A DNA stretch of 64,000 bases, from the NCBI RefSeq assembly GCF_000315625.1, contig NW_005434599.1, forward strand, positions 377,175 to 441,174, given 5' to 3'. The position numbers and the translations under genes are program-made. Origin of the DNA: Guillardia theta CCMP2712 (Eukaryota > Protista > Cryptophyta). Below the pieces are notes generated by a model, which was not told the origin of the DNA, did no database searches, and saw only the letters and a program-made list of their open reading frames with translations. Positions 1 to 12,449 of this stretch are shown here, one piece after another (the stretch's first letter is position 1; each line of letters begins with the position of its first letter).

Positions 1-96
1 ACTTGCTCAGTAACTCTGCGAATTTCCAGGTTGCTCACCATGGAAGAGCTCGTGTATCACCTTGAGATTATGCGAGAAGAGTTGAATGCGCGATAG
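1..96 (+). CDS. Probable 3' end of an upstream gene (...MEELVYHLEIMREELNAR*)
   Basis: Open frame from the window edge to TAG at 94-96, followed by an AT-rich UTR-like stretch. Confidence 0.35.
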   Translation, partial: TCSVTLRISRLLTMEELVYHLEIMREELNAR

Positions 97-243
97 GAGG
101 AGCCCGTTGACTTCAAGACGATTCTGATTCATGTTTATTCTTCCCCCCTTTATTGTTTCACGTACAATCTTTTTAGTTTCGCTCAATACATCTTCTACAA
201 CCCCCTTCTAAATTCAAATATCTCGATCAGAAATTCCGTGTCT

Positions 244-1700
244 TCACTTCTTGGCAGCCGTGTTCGCCTGCTGCTTGAATTTCTTCTCAAGTCTGTCCAT
301 ATCACGTCAGGCAGGCACAGAGCAAGTCAACATCGAGATATCCTACCGAGACTTTGCCGCTTCCTTTCCGTTCGCCACCTTAATCTTCTCTAGTACGTCT
401 TTCGGTCCCTCGTTCACCTCTGCCTTGGCCTTCCCAGCCGTCAACGAACCTTTGGCTTCCTTCCTTGCGGAGAGAGGATTCTCATGCTCAGCAGTAGAGA
501 TCTCGTTCTCAAAGAAGCTGTTCATCTCCTCCTGCACAGTCCATCAGTCAGCTTCAGTTCACGTTACACGTCAAGGGTTTGACCCTTGCAGCGTCGGACG
601 ACAGGTGGACGTTGATGCTGTCCTGCACCGCAAACTTCGACTTCCCCCTGAGTTTTGAGAAGAACTTCTTCTCTTGCATCCGAGCTGCCGCATCCGACAT
701 CTGCTTGCAGTCAACCCGTCGGCGCAGTGCAAGGACGAGGCTCCCGTACCTTGGACTTTCCGTCCTTGCCAGCCGTCACGTGCTGGATGAGATCGTCGTA
801 GAACCCATCGATGTCTGATCGAGCAGTGGAAGACGAGAACTTGTTCCTGCTCATGTCGTGCGAGGCAGAGACTTCACTGTTCTTGGAGGTCTTCGACTCC
901 ACCTTCAGATCCTTTCTGTCCTCGCCACCTGCCTTCTTAGCAGCATCGTGTTGGATCATCTTCAGCTCAGATTTTGTCTTCAAGACTGTCTCGTGAAGAA
1001 TGGCGTCTCTCGTGTTCTTCCTCCTGGCCTCCAACTCCTTCACAGCCGCATGGTTGTCCAGGTTGTCATAGAAACTGTCCATGTCCGCCTTCTCCTTGTC
1101 CACCGACCAGCCTCGATCTTTCGCAAAGGGAGTTTTCGTGCTCCTGCTTGGATGGGATACTATTCGCTGTTGCAACTCGGCTGAAACCTTGTGAGCAAGC
1201 GTCAGCCCAGCAGGTCTCGCTCTTCGTTTCCCAGCAAGCGCCGAAGCCTTTTCTTCAATCCTCTTGGCATTCTCGATAATGGTGTCGGTAATGGAGGCGT
1301 GCGGGCGCTTCTTTTCGGCATGGTTTGCGGCATGACTGTAGCTGAGCGCACTGTTAATGGATGCTACTGTTCGCTTCTCCTTCTCTAATTCCTTTTGTGC
1401 TCTCTGAAGAATATCAGCACCGCTGCTGATTGTCAAATTCCAACCATGCAAGCAACGGAGTGCTTCACCTTTGCAAAAGTTCGACGTTCTCGTTGGAAAC
1501 AAGCTTCCCCGGGTCATTCTTCAGATTGTGAGAACGAGCTCTCCCCCTGATCTCCTGTAGTTGGGCAGCAACACGTCAAATGCAGGTGAGGCGGCAGGGT
1601 GACTTACGGATGGAAGGACAACAAGGAGGGAGCAGACAAGCAACGAGATCCCTCCAACGACCCATCTCCACCTCCTTGTTCTTCTTGTCACTTCCTCCAT
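244..1700 (-). CDS. Hypothetical type II membrane protein (N-terminal TM, K/A/E-rich coiled-coil body), multi-exon
   Basis: RRWRWVVGGISLLVCSLLVVLP anchor; ORFs 711-1517 and 343-537 joined by short GT-AG introns; last exon ends ...NTAAKK*. Confidence 0.6.
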
Positions 1701-2284
1701 CCCGCTCTCTCCATGGCAGCAGCGCTGCTGCAGCTGCTCTTCTTCCTCCCCGTTGTAGCGGCGCATTCTGTCTACCATTCCATGCCCAGGTCCCTTCACA
1801 CCTCTCAGACCACCCTGGACAGTAAGTACCCTACCTCATATTTAGTATTTAAAATTCGTGTTGACAGTACCGGTACACGTATGACCGTACCCATCCATTT
1901 AATTTCAATCTATTTCCGGCAGGGTGGCGCCAATGGTGAAACCAAATTGAGGACGGCGAAGGGGGATAGCATGAAGCATCAGAGCATGCGAGCAGAATGC
2001 TGGAGAAAATTCACTGGAATGTAAAAGGAGGAAGGAAGGCAGGAGGAAGGAAGGCAGGAGGCAGGAGGAAGAGGAGGAAGAGGAGGAAGGAGGGAAACAA
2101 GGGGGCAGTGAAGGCGCAATGGGTGGCGATTTGTTTTGAACAGATTGGTAGCATAGATTTTGAATGAGCATCTGCCTGACTTTGAGTTTGATTTCGTTTT
2201 TGATAGAGATCTGTTTGACTCTTCTACAGGAACTCTTGAACAAGAACTCAGTTGACTCCATCAGGTTTGAGTTCAGTCCCAACG

Positions 2285-3404
2285 ATGCGCAGAGCATTGG
2301 AAGGCCTGGCATGCTTTCTTATCGCTCTTGCCATGCTCTTGGGGACTACTGTGTACAGGGTGCGTCAAAAGTCTCAGGCTGTGCTGCTTCAGTCCAGCCA
2401 GAAGAGCTCATGGGCGGTGGACCCGAAGCATAAGGCGAGAACTAGACTGGCCTTGAAGAAGCTGGAGAGGAACCTCGAGGGAGAGTTGTCGAGTGTGAAA
2501 ACGATCTTGAGCCGGTTAGACTCAAGCCGAGGACAAACGTCCAACACCATGTCGCTCAGCGAGAAGAAAGCTTCAAAGCACGCCCCTCAGGAAACGAGCA
2601 AGGGCAAGACCGAAGAGCAGGACATCATGGTCCCGGATGCTGCATGGAGGAAACGGACGATGCAACAGGGAGCTCTGCGTGGAGACACTGTCAAGAAGCA
2701 GCTCAAGAGAGTGCTGGAGAAAGATTTGCTAGACAAGATCGAGAAGAACACGTAACACCGCCTGATTTCAGGATGTTTCGTTGTTACTGATGGTCTCTAC
2801 AACAGCTCCTGGAAAAGCATGCAAGAGATCGAAAACGCGATCAAGTTTGCAGACTATCTCAAGGCGCACCCGTAAGGCCCCAAGCTCCTCGTGGAGTCTC
2901 GCTGATATTCGTTTGGGCAGGTTGTCTTCCCCTCCCCGTGTGAAACGAAGCACGCTCGACACAGCCACAGCAGCAGAGCCAACGGGAGGAGAGGGAGGGA
3001 GTTCGGGTTCTGACTCGGTGATCAAAGTGCACTTCAAGCGGGAGGAGCACTCGATCTCAGAGGCAGACTACAAGCAGCTGGAAGAAGATCTTATCCGGCT
3101 GTACATCGACCTCAATAAGGACAAGAGTGCGGGGGCAGCGAACGAGGGAGTGCAGGTAGGCTCAGCAGCGAAAGCAGGGGGTGCGGGTATCAAGCAGCTT
3201 TCACAGCAGTTTGTTGGAGGAGCCCAGGGAACTCAGTATGTCGTGCAGCCAGGGGATCGTGCGATCGCCTTGTCGGACGAGTACGGCAGGAAATGGGCTG
3301 CAGATGAAATTCTGCGGGAGCATGGGAACTTTGTTCACCTGCCGAGGAAAGACGAGCTACCTCTAGCAGTTAAGCCATACTGGTACAGCAGTTTGCGAAA
3401 GTAG
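2285..3404 (+). CDS. Hypothetical type II membrane protein, multi-exon
   Basis: MRRALEGLACFLIALAMLLGTTVY anchor; ORFs 2252-2755 and 2781-3404 with short introns. Confidence 0.6.
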
Positions 3405-3470
3405 ATATTCTTTAGCTTGAGGTCGATGCGAGTATTTTTGATTTTTCTCCAATGTTTCAACACTTTTCTT

Positions 3471-5751
3471 CTATTTCCTTCTGATTGATTTCGCCGGCTC
3501 CCGACGTTTCCTCCTCTTCACCAGCTCGCGTGAAATCGCTGCTTTCCTTCGCAGTTTCTTCCTTCGCTCCGTCCGCCTGTTTCCCTTGTGCTGCTTCTTG
3601 ACAGGCTGCAACCCGCTCCTTCGTTCGCCTGCTTGTGCATCGTCTGCGTTCCTTTGAAGGACTTCATCACGAAACGCGTCATGCACCGAAGGATGGGTTC
3701 CCTCCCGAGTGATCTCTCTGACTGCCATGGTTGCGAAGGAGTTTGGGGGGAGCGAGAAGCTGAGGATAAGCCCCTTGAAGGGCAGCTGCTGCTCTTGTGC
3801 TCTCTTCGACTTGCTCTTACCTTGTCCTGACCCTCCCTGCGTCGAATTGAGATGCGAGTCCAGCATCTCGTCGTACAGAACATCAGCTGGCGATCGATAC
3901 GTCACGACCTTCATGCTCAGATTCGAGCAGTTCATGATGAGGAAACGCATCGGGCATACAGAGTCGTCCAGCGGGAAAGGAGCTTTGGATGCTTCGAGGT
4001 CTACCTCCTCAAATGAAAGCCCGTCAGCCTGCAGCGAAGCACGCGCCGACGACCCGACGGCATTCTTAGGGAACAGAAGTTTCTTGTTGCGCGCGAAGAC
4101 AGGGAGAACGACCTGTGCGATGGAGTATCGCCCAGCTGCGACATCCTCTTCCTTCACAACGTCGACGAAAGTCTTGTCGTAGCGTTTCACCTGCAGGCAG
4201 TGAGATCTCAAGCAAGCGGCACGGGTATTCACCGCCACGAGGTCACCAACAACCGCCTTCCTCCTGTCATACTCCATGAGCCGTTTGGTCGCCATTCGAT
4301 TCCAAACGAGCGAAGTGTACGCCTGCCTCCACAGGTCTGCGCGCGCCAGCTTTGAGAACGCCTGCCTCAGCGACTCGTTGACGTTCCTCGAGGTCGCAAA
4401 CGCCTCCTGTCAGGGGGCTCAGCAGAGCCTCGAAGGAGCCGACGAGCGATACCAAAATGCAACGTTCGTCTTCACAGGTGAAGGGAAGGACATCCTCCAG
4501 CAGACGTCAGCTTCCTCCCCTCCTCCTTTCCTCCTCCTCATACCAATGCTGCACTCGCGTTTCCCTGCTCAACGAAGATCTGACGTGCCTTGGCTTCCCC
4601 AGCTGAATGGCAGCGCCGTATGTATTTGGTGCTCATCACCTCCTCTCCAGCTTCTCTCCACCTCTTCCCCAGCAGCAGCCTGCCAACTTCGGTGCTGGGG
4701 ACTGGGCCGGTCCCGAACCTGAGGGTCGTCAACAGACGTGCACGTGCTTCCCGGCAGTATCACCTCTGATGTCCGAAGTAGTTGACAAACCCGAAGCGCC
4801 GAAGCCTCTTTACGGCATCGAAGACTCGAGAGTTGCTGACCGTGATGTTCCTCAGGAGGATGGTGAACCGGTTCCCGCTGCACCTTCTAAGTCAGTAGGT
4901 CGACGCACCCGGAGGCTCCGCACAGCACCTGTGCTCTCCGTATCGCAGCATCCGATCGACCAGCTCGACTGCAGTCGATAAGCAACAACAAGCGCAGCAG
5001 AAAGAAACCACCATCAGCTATCTTGATGCCCTCGAGCTGCTTGTTCAGCCCCATCAGGGCTGTCAAGTCGGACGAGGCCTGCTGGCTGTTGATTGTCACC
5101 TGCACTTCCATCAGGACTGGCGACTCCCTCAGGGCAGACCTTCTGGCACGTCAGCGCCCCCTTGTCCTTGAGGCCGCAGCAACCCGACGTTGCTTTCGAC
5201 AAGCGAATGTTGAGCTTCCGCGCGATCATGGAGACCGCGCTCATTGTGTCCCAGCCAGTCTTCACCAGAGAGAACTGAACGATCTTCCTCCTCCCCCCCT
5301 GGCTCTGCCCTGAGACGTTGACACTTTCAAAGTCCCTGGGCCATACGATTGATCCCCAGGCGTCTAACTCACTGACCCAGAAGTCAGACCACATGCCTTT
5401 AAGCAGGCCGCCTGTCCCAGCATGGCCCGCGGCAGTCCAAGTCTTGTTGCTGGGCACCTTGAGCTCAGATGGGCAGGAGAACACAACTATCCCGACGTCT
5501 TCATCGTCAAACTTTCCATCCTGTGCCTGCTCTGACGAGCTGACCCGCTGCCCCGGCGAGCTGCTCGAGGGAGGAGAACTTTTCAACCTCTTGCATGCTG
5601 ACACAAGTAAGCTCTTGACATGATCGACCTCCATCACGCTCTGCTTGCGAACTTCAGATTTCCGTAAACGAGCGGTCGAGGAGGAACGTCCGGAGGAGAG
5701 CAACGATATCAAACATGCAACGAGTGCGCATCGAGCATATTGAGAAGACAT
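3471..5751 (-). CDS. PUS7: Pseudouridine synthase, TruD/Pus7 family, multi-exon
   Basis: GLLKGMWSDFWVSE, KTGWDTMSA, GLKDKGALTCQ (catalytic Asp motif) and LSFSLPPNSFATMAVREI match TruD/Pus7 motifs. Confidence 0.85.
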
Positions 5752-5912
5752 CACGTAGTGGCTATGATGATGCTGGTAGTTAAAACAAGCACTCCTGTCT
5801 CCATGTGAAACCCGACAACTTCTTCATTCCCAAACCTTGTAAGTTACGACAACAAACACATTCTAGCGACTGTTGCGTTCCACTCGAAATGTTCACACTT
5901 GAACCAAGAAAT

Positions 5913-6293
5913 TTATTTTGTGGGGCTGCCACCCCAGAAAATACGATCTCTTTCTTTCTTGATTTCTTGCTGTCTTGCTTTCAGGCAGTCCTGAGCAGCA
6001 CACACAACTTTCAGTCGCACGGGTAAGATAGGGTTGGCACATGCGGCCTGACCTTGTACGCCTGTATCTCTTTCGAGCAATCTTTCTTCTCGGGGTAGGA
6101 GCTGGTCTGGCACTTCAAAGAGGCTTCCTGCAGGAACTTCACGGGGGGACGAAGGGTAATTAGGACTCACCCTCAGCGACTCTAGGTCACAGACCAATGT
6201 CCATGGTTTCACTGGTTTCGCCTGTTCCTTCTCAATCTTCTCCTGTGTCAGCCTCTTTCCTCCCTTCGACGACGGTGGAATGTCGGTCGACAT
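5913..6293 (-). CDS. Small hypothetical protein
   Basis: 127-aa ORF with coding-like composition; no recognisable motif. Confidence 0.45.
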   Translation of the reverse strand: MSTDIPPSSKGGKRLTQEKIEKEQAKPVKPWTLVCDLESLRVSPNYPSSPREVPAGSLFEVPDQLLPREERLLERDTGVQGQAACANPILPVRLKVVCAAQDCLKARQQEIKKERDRIFWGGSPTK

Positions 6294-6339
6294 CACCTAC
6301 TTAACGTCTTAATTGCCGTGCGACTCAGTAAGAGCTTTC

Positions 6340-7040
6340 CTCTGCCCTCCTTTGCCTATCTCCTCTTCTCCTCTCCTATCCTCTCCTCCTCCTCCCTCTC
6401 CTCCTCTCCTCCCTCCCTTCCCCAAACCCTCCACCTCTCCATCTCTCCCCTTCTCTTCCCCCTCATCAATCCTCTTCCTAACTTCGCTCTTCCCTCGGCC
6501 CCCCCGTTCCCCTCCCCTTCCTCTACTCCTCTCCATTCCTCAGCATCTGGCAAGTCTTTGACATCGGTGGGTCCAAACTGGGGTGGGGTATGAAAGTACC
6601 GGTAGTCTTCAATTATACATTAAGGTAAAGGTGGGGGGTGATAGTTGTTATGACCCCTCAATGAACACGTAGACGAAAAATCAGCGATCAGTCCCTTGGT
6701 TCTTACTCCGCATCGTTCTCATCCCCTCCCCCTCCCCGCCCCTCCCACTACCATCTGCCTAGCACTACCTCTCTCCCTCCACCTCCCTTCCTCTCCCTCT
6801 CTCCCTCCACCTTCCTTCCTCTCCCTCTCTCCCTCCACATTCCATCCTCTCCCTCTCTCCCTCCACCTTCCTTCCTCTCCCTCTCTCCCTCTACCTTCCA
6901 TCCTCTCCCTCTCTTCCTCCACCTTCCTTCTTCTCTCTTCCCTCTCTCCCTTCTTCTGCCCCTCTCCTCTTCCCTCTTCGCATCCCCCGATTTACTTCTT
7001 CTCTCCTCCCTCTTCTGCACTCTCGTCTTCTTCGTCCCCT
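6340..7040. repeat. Polypyrimidine (CT-rich) low-complexity tracts, including a ~28-bp tandem unit (ttcctctccctctctccctccaccttcc) at ~6765-6930
   Basis: Directly visible. Confidence 0.8.
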
Positions 7041-7069
7041 GTTCCTGTTCCACGACGACTTGTAACATC

Positions 7070-10000
7070 ATGGACGAGCAAGAAATCAAGCATATGATAC
7101 ACGAGAGGTTCGAGCAACAGATTCTCGATGAGCTGAGACGAGCTGAGGGCACGAAGAGCAGAGGTTCGAGGGGGGAGGAGGTAGTCTCAGCTGTCGTCAA
7201 TAGCATCGCACATGACGGGAGGTTCCAGTCTTTCCTGCTAGACTTGACAGAATCGCATGGGAAAAAGAGAGGAGCTTCCCCAGGAGCTGCCGCGGGGACT
7301 TTAGTCTGGACGTTTGACTCGGACGATGGAAGCATGGGGAAGGAGGGCCTGGAGGGAGACGATGGATTAAGCTACAGCGGAAGCAGGTCGACGGTGGAGG
7401 AGATCAACGTAGAGGAGAGGAGCAGGATGATGGAAGACTTCGGGGTTGACTCCGAGCTCGCTAGCATCTGTACGCAGCTTGCTCCTACGTCGACTGAAGG
7501 TGATGGTTCATGATGGATAGGCATAGCTGACGTCTTGCTGTGCTGGTAGGGACGCAGCGAGAAAGTCTCGAGGCTCTGATGAACATGCCGCCCGAGGAAG
7601 TGCTAGCAGATGCTAACATCAAGTCGCTCTTCCAGCTGCTCTCGGGTGTTTTCCTCAACAGGAACCTGAGCAGGGAGACCAACAGAGTCTTCTGCAGTCT
7701 CTTTGCTGCCTCTGTTGGTGGGTTTCACAGCGCCGATTTGATTTGTGCGTGGATGCGAGGAATGTTGGGGCACATGTCATCCGTTAATGTCTGCGTGTGT
7801 CAGGCGCAGGAGAAACACCTGATGGATCAGATCGAGAGTTTTTCCTTGCTGTCAAGCTTCTTCGATGGCATTGCTTCTGCTTGGAACACTCTCTCTGAAG
7901 AGCAGATGAACGAAATCTTTGAGTGTCTTTGCAGTTTGTACAACTTGCAAATGAATACCTGTGAGAAATGTTTGCAAGGTGTTCACTCTCCCAGCAATCA
8001 GTGCTTTCCTTCCATGTTCCTCTTTGTGCTGGCTGACTCCTCGTTGAGTTGGATGGAAGTTTTGTTCTCAAGGTCCAGTGCTCGACACGCATTTCTTGTA
8101 CAAGCTTTGAAAGCATCAGTTCTATCCAAGGTCGCGGACTTCCTTTCCTCAGCTGGGGAGCTGGTCGAGTTGGAAGAGGAGCAAGAGAAGGAGGGTATCT
8201 TGTCTAGTTACGATCTCTTCGTCTTCACAACCTACCACAACGTCAACATGTTAGCTCTGCTCACAAGGTATCAGGAGACATGCTGCATGTTCAACAACGA
8301 AGAGGCCCGGGCTGATTGGATTCAACTTCACGACTCAAACGCCGAGCTGCCACGAGTTGAAAACCTCCGACCGTTCGCCTGTGATGCGTGCAAGCTGTTC
8401 GGCTGCTTGCTTACCTCTCGCAGTCAAACTGCGAGCCTGGTCAACGTTCGTCAAGACCTGCTGAGAGGGTTGGGAGAAGTTGTCGGGTCTTCGATCCGAA
8501 GCTTCTGTGGGATGGAACGAGAGGGACGTTCTGCATCAGCCGAGTCGATTGCGACTCGATTCATCCAAGTGACCCTCAGGGTCTGCAAGATGCTCAGAGA
8601 CCTTCTGGAGTCGATCGATACCACGAGACCATCCAAGAGGACCTGTGAACAAGTCTTGTGGATCGCTGAAGTGTGTATGCGAGTTGTTGAGAATGCTGAG
8701 AAGGATTTTCCCGATCTCCTATTCTATGCTCGTCTGAATGGTGAGAGGGAGGAGGGAGATGGAGACAAGCAGCTCATAGAGTGGATGAGAGCGAAGTTGT
8801 CAAAGTCAACTTGGTATGCCGGTCTTGCCGGATCGAAATCTTTCGGAGAAATGTCGGAAGAGATGAATACGTTGTCGCAAGTGGTGGCTGAGAGGGTTTT
8901 CGAAATATCACCAACCGAGCAGAGTGAAAGATTGTTCTCTGTTCTCACTTTCTTCCTTTCCCCTGGTCGGTCAAGGTACTCAATTCATCTCCTCTCCTCT
9001 CGTGCTCGCAGTCATCATTGAAGTTTCCTTGCCAGACTTCATTTATACGCTTCCACCAAATTCAAACATTGGACAAAGGTAATGAAGCTTCTGGCGACGT
9101 GGTCTAGTACATGTATGTTCTCGACTGAATTGAGTTGTATTGTGACGCGCTATATCTACCAGTCGCAGCAAGCAAAGCTGGAATTCCAAAACAGCTGCTG
9201 CAGAGACTTTCCAGGGCAGAACCTTCGTTCGTATCGTTACTTGAGGTGCTCATCGTGTGATGAGTTTTTCAGGCAAGTTGAGAAATCTTTGCAGGGGAAT
9301 GGATGGGAGGATTTGCTTGACAGAGCTCGACTAGAATGCATCTCAGACCTTTTCACGAGAATGGAGAACAGGGCTGATTTTCTCGCTGCTGATTCTCACA
9401 CCACAGACATCAACACTTCTTGGAACCTCGTTATGGACCTGGCTTCCCCTCAACATAATGCAAATGACTGCGCCCTGCTGTGGGACAAGCTGCTTGCGGC
9501 AGTTGTAAACTACCTGGAGGACATAGATAGCAAGGGAAATGACAGCATCCGGCTCTCGTTCATGTGGGCGTTCAAAAGGTCCTTTCTTACACGCCTCGGA
9601 CCCTCTAGCTGAAGGATATTGCCTTGACAGGTTGTGCTGGCTAACCGCCAGCCCTCTAGTGCACAGAGTGTGTAAGGACAGCAAACTTTTGAAGCAGTGG
9701 ATTGAGATCAACATCGACGTCGACGGGGAATCGAAAGAAGAGCATCCCCTTTTGAGGAGGAACCCAGAGCAAGAAACACTCCTCCTGATCCTCTTGCGTT
9801 TCATCTCCCACAACATTTCTCTATGGATCGAGATCCTGACTGAAATCCCAAACTTGAGGTGTTTTTGATCGCTCCTGCGTGCAGCAGGAAATGACTTCTT
9901 GATTCACGTCAGGCTGTACGTCCTTGGGAGGTATCGGGTTGAGGCCGCAGGTGACAAGCTGGCCCCTGCTAGAGGGCATGAGCCGAAGGATTTTGTTCAT

Positions 10001-11204
10001 GAGCTTCAGCAAGCCTTCGATCCCATGTACGGGGAGGACATGACACAGGCGTCTGGGAGTCTCGTGATTGACAGAGAGGCGCTGCTTTGCGATGACATCA
10101 TCACCAGCGGAACTTTCTTCTCCATCGGCCTTGCAGGATCAATCGAGGAGGGACAGCAGGACGTCCTCCGCCTCCCAGCCACGCTGAGATGTATCATTGA
10201 GAAGGAGGGCAAAGTCATCAGCTCCAAAGCAGCTCAGATGAAACCCCCGTACGATCTAGACAGCCTGATTCATTTTCCCACTCAGGATGGTTTCATACAG
10301 GCCTGCCATGGTTTCCTTGCTAGCATTCCAGCAGCAGCAATGGGGACGAGCTCCTTGAGCAGCAGTGGTGCGGAGGAGAGTGAGGAATGGGCGTTGAAGC
10401 ACGGGGAGATGACTTCGTCGCTGTTTTGGACGTTGGCGCTCAAGGCTTGCTCCGATAGCCTCTGTCATGTTGAGAAGGCGCAAGAAGACTTCCAAGGAGA
10501 GCTGAGATATCTCTTGACAGGACAGGTGGGGCGGGGGCAGACGTGTGCGATCTTCACTTCCTTGCTGTACGTCCTCAACGAGTGCTGCATAGACGACGCG
10601 ATGAAGAGCATGTCATGCGCCCTGTCACGGTTGTGCCTCGGCCTGTCGCTCTCTCCTGCGGCAGGTTGCGATAGGTTGTCAAAGTTTGCTGAGGTGAGAG
10701 TCTCGTCGGTCTCTCGCGTTTGCGTGACGTGTCGTTTGCTCAGCTTGTAGCTGAAGAAGAGCTCAAGGACGTTGCAAGGGGCTATAGAGAGCTCGGCGTT
10801 TCCATAGGGATGGTGGCAAGCTGTTGGATATCACAAGCCTTTCTCAACACCTTCGAGTGGCAAGAGGTCTTCGTCTGGCTGCTCCTTCCGGTCAGAAACC
10901 TGAAAGAGTTTGGCACAGGCCGCCAAGACTTTGGCGCTGGCCCTCGTCGAGGGTGCAGAGTTGTTGTCATACACCTGTGTAGTGGCTGTGAAGGTGATGG
11001 AGGTACGTGTGTTGGTTGTGCTTCCTCTCTCTGATTGGATACTAGGCACATACAAGACGACACTATTGCGACGATGAATATGAATTCTTGGAGTTGGGGA
11101 AACAATCGCTTCCAGACTTCAGGCTGTCGCAATGGATTGCTGAAATCAGAGGTCTGGCGGAAAGATACGAGCCTTTATGCAAATCGTTCTTATACAAACA
11201 ATGA
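7070..11204 (+). CDS. TBC1D32: TBC1D32/BROMI (broad-minded)-like ciliary protein, multi-exon
   Basis: N-terminal EALMNMPPEEVL resembles BROMI EALQTLCSAPPSDVL; C-terminal CWISQAFLNTFEWQEV...LPDFRLSQW...LAERY resembles BROMI WITQCFWNYLDWIEI...LHGFRVSDY...LEQNY (recalled alignment). Confidence 0.65.
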
Positions 11205-11298
11205 AAGACAATCTTGCATGAAGAGCTCCTCTTAAACCTCTCGTCTATCCAACCGCAACATCAAAAACCATTTCATTTCTTTTTACAAAACTTCCAAG

Positions 11299-11791
11299 TC
11301 AGAAACCAGAGTGAGACGAGGAGATCCCGGCAGTCGCCTTGTGTCTGTTGTACAACCAGAGCGCCAGCAGGGGCCCAACCACCATGACGACCAGGCAAAC
11401 GCGCTCGAGCATGTCCAGGATCAGGTCAGCCTGTCGCCCCCCCCGCCGCCCCATGCCAGTCGTCAGACACGTCAAACTGCACGTCAAACTTTAGTCAAAC
11501 TGTGAGGTCAGTGCGGGGAGACGGGCCAAAATGGATGACGAAACCTTCCTAACCATGCTCTAGCAGTGAACGATATGCTCCGCTCGTCGATCCTCCTCCT
11601 CCACCACCACCACCACCACCACTACCTCCTCCTCCTCCTCCTCCTCATCATCATCATCATCATCATCATCCTCATCCTCATCCTCATCCTCATCCTCATC
11701 CTCATCCTCATCCACCACCACCACCTCCACCACCTCCTCCTCCTCCTCCTCATCCACCTCCTACACAGCTCCTGCTCCTCCTGCTCCTGCT

Positions 11792-11838
<47 letters not shown>

Positions 11839-12290
11839 AGCTGCTGCTCCTGCGTCCTANNNNNNNNNNNNNNNNNNNNNNNNNNNNNNNNNNNNNNNNN
11901 NNNNNNNNNNNNNNNNNNNNNNNNNNNNNNNNNNNNNNNNNNNNNNNNNNNNNNNNNNNGTCCTCCTCCTCCTCCTCCTCCTCCTCCTCCTCCTCCTCCT
12001 CCTCCTCCTCCTCCTCCTCCTCCTCCTCCTCATCATCATCATCATCCTCATCCTCATCCTCCTCCTCCTTTGCCTGTTCCTTAATCTCTGCGACCACCTT
12101 CTTGGCCAACACTTTCTCCTTCTTCTCCTTCTCCTTCGCTAACACTCCACCATCATAATTTACTCTTCCTGCTGGCCCAGCTCCTCCTTCTTCTTGCTCC
12201 TTTGACAACCCAACATCCATAACATCCCCATAACACAAACCTGCCCCGTGCACGCGAACCTCCATGCAGAGTACACCATGTATCATCCTT
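11299..12290 (-). CDS. Possible acidic low-complexity protein with C-terminal TM; spans the assembly gap
   Basis: E/D/K-rich frame at 11960-12290 and TM-like VCLVVMVVGPLLALWLY at 11299-11487; linkage uncertain. Confidence 0.3.
11590..12070. repeat. Compound microsatellite (CCT/CAC/CAT/CATCCT/CTCCTG)n flanking a 100-N gap at 11860-11959
   Basis: Directly visible. Confidence 0.95.
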
Positions 12291-12449
12291 GCCCTGCCGC
12301 TCGCTCGCTCACTTGCTGCTGCCATTCAATCATCGCCTCTTTTTCTTCGTCTCGCCTCTCGCCTCTCTTGTTGCTTCTGCTCGATTCTGCTTGTTTACTC
12401 GTGATGATTGTATGGCGCAGGGAGTTGGCGTTGGAGGAGCGACTGCACC

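Noticed and set aside
6309-7097. Several Pro/Ser- or Gly/Arg/Glu-rich ORFs
   Set aside because: By-products of stop-poor polypyrimidine tracts
11566-12084. Poly-His/Leu/Ile/Cys/Pro ORF
   Set aside because: Microsatellite translation spanning a 100-N assembly gap
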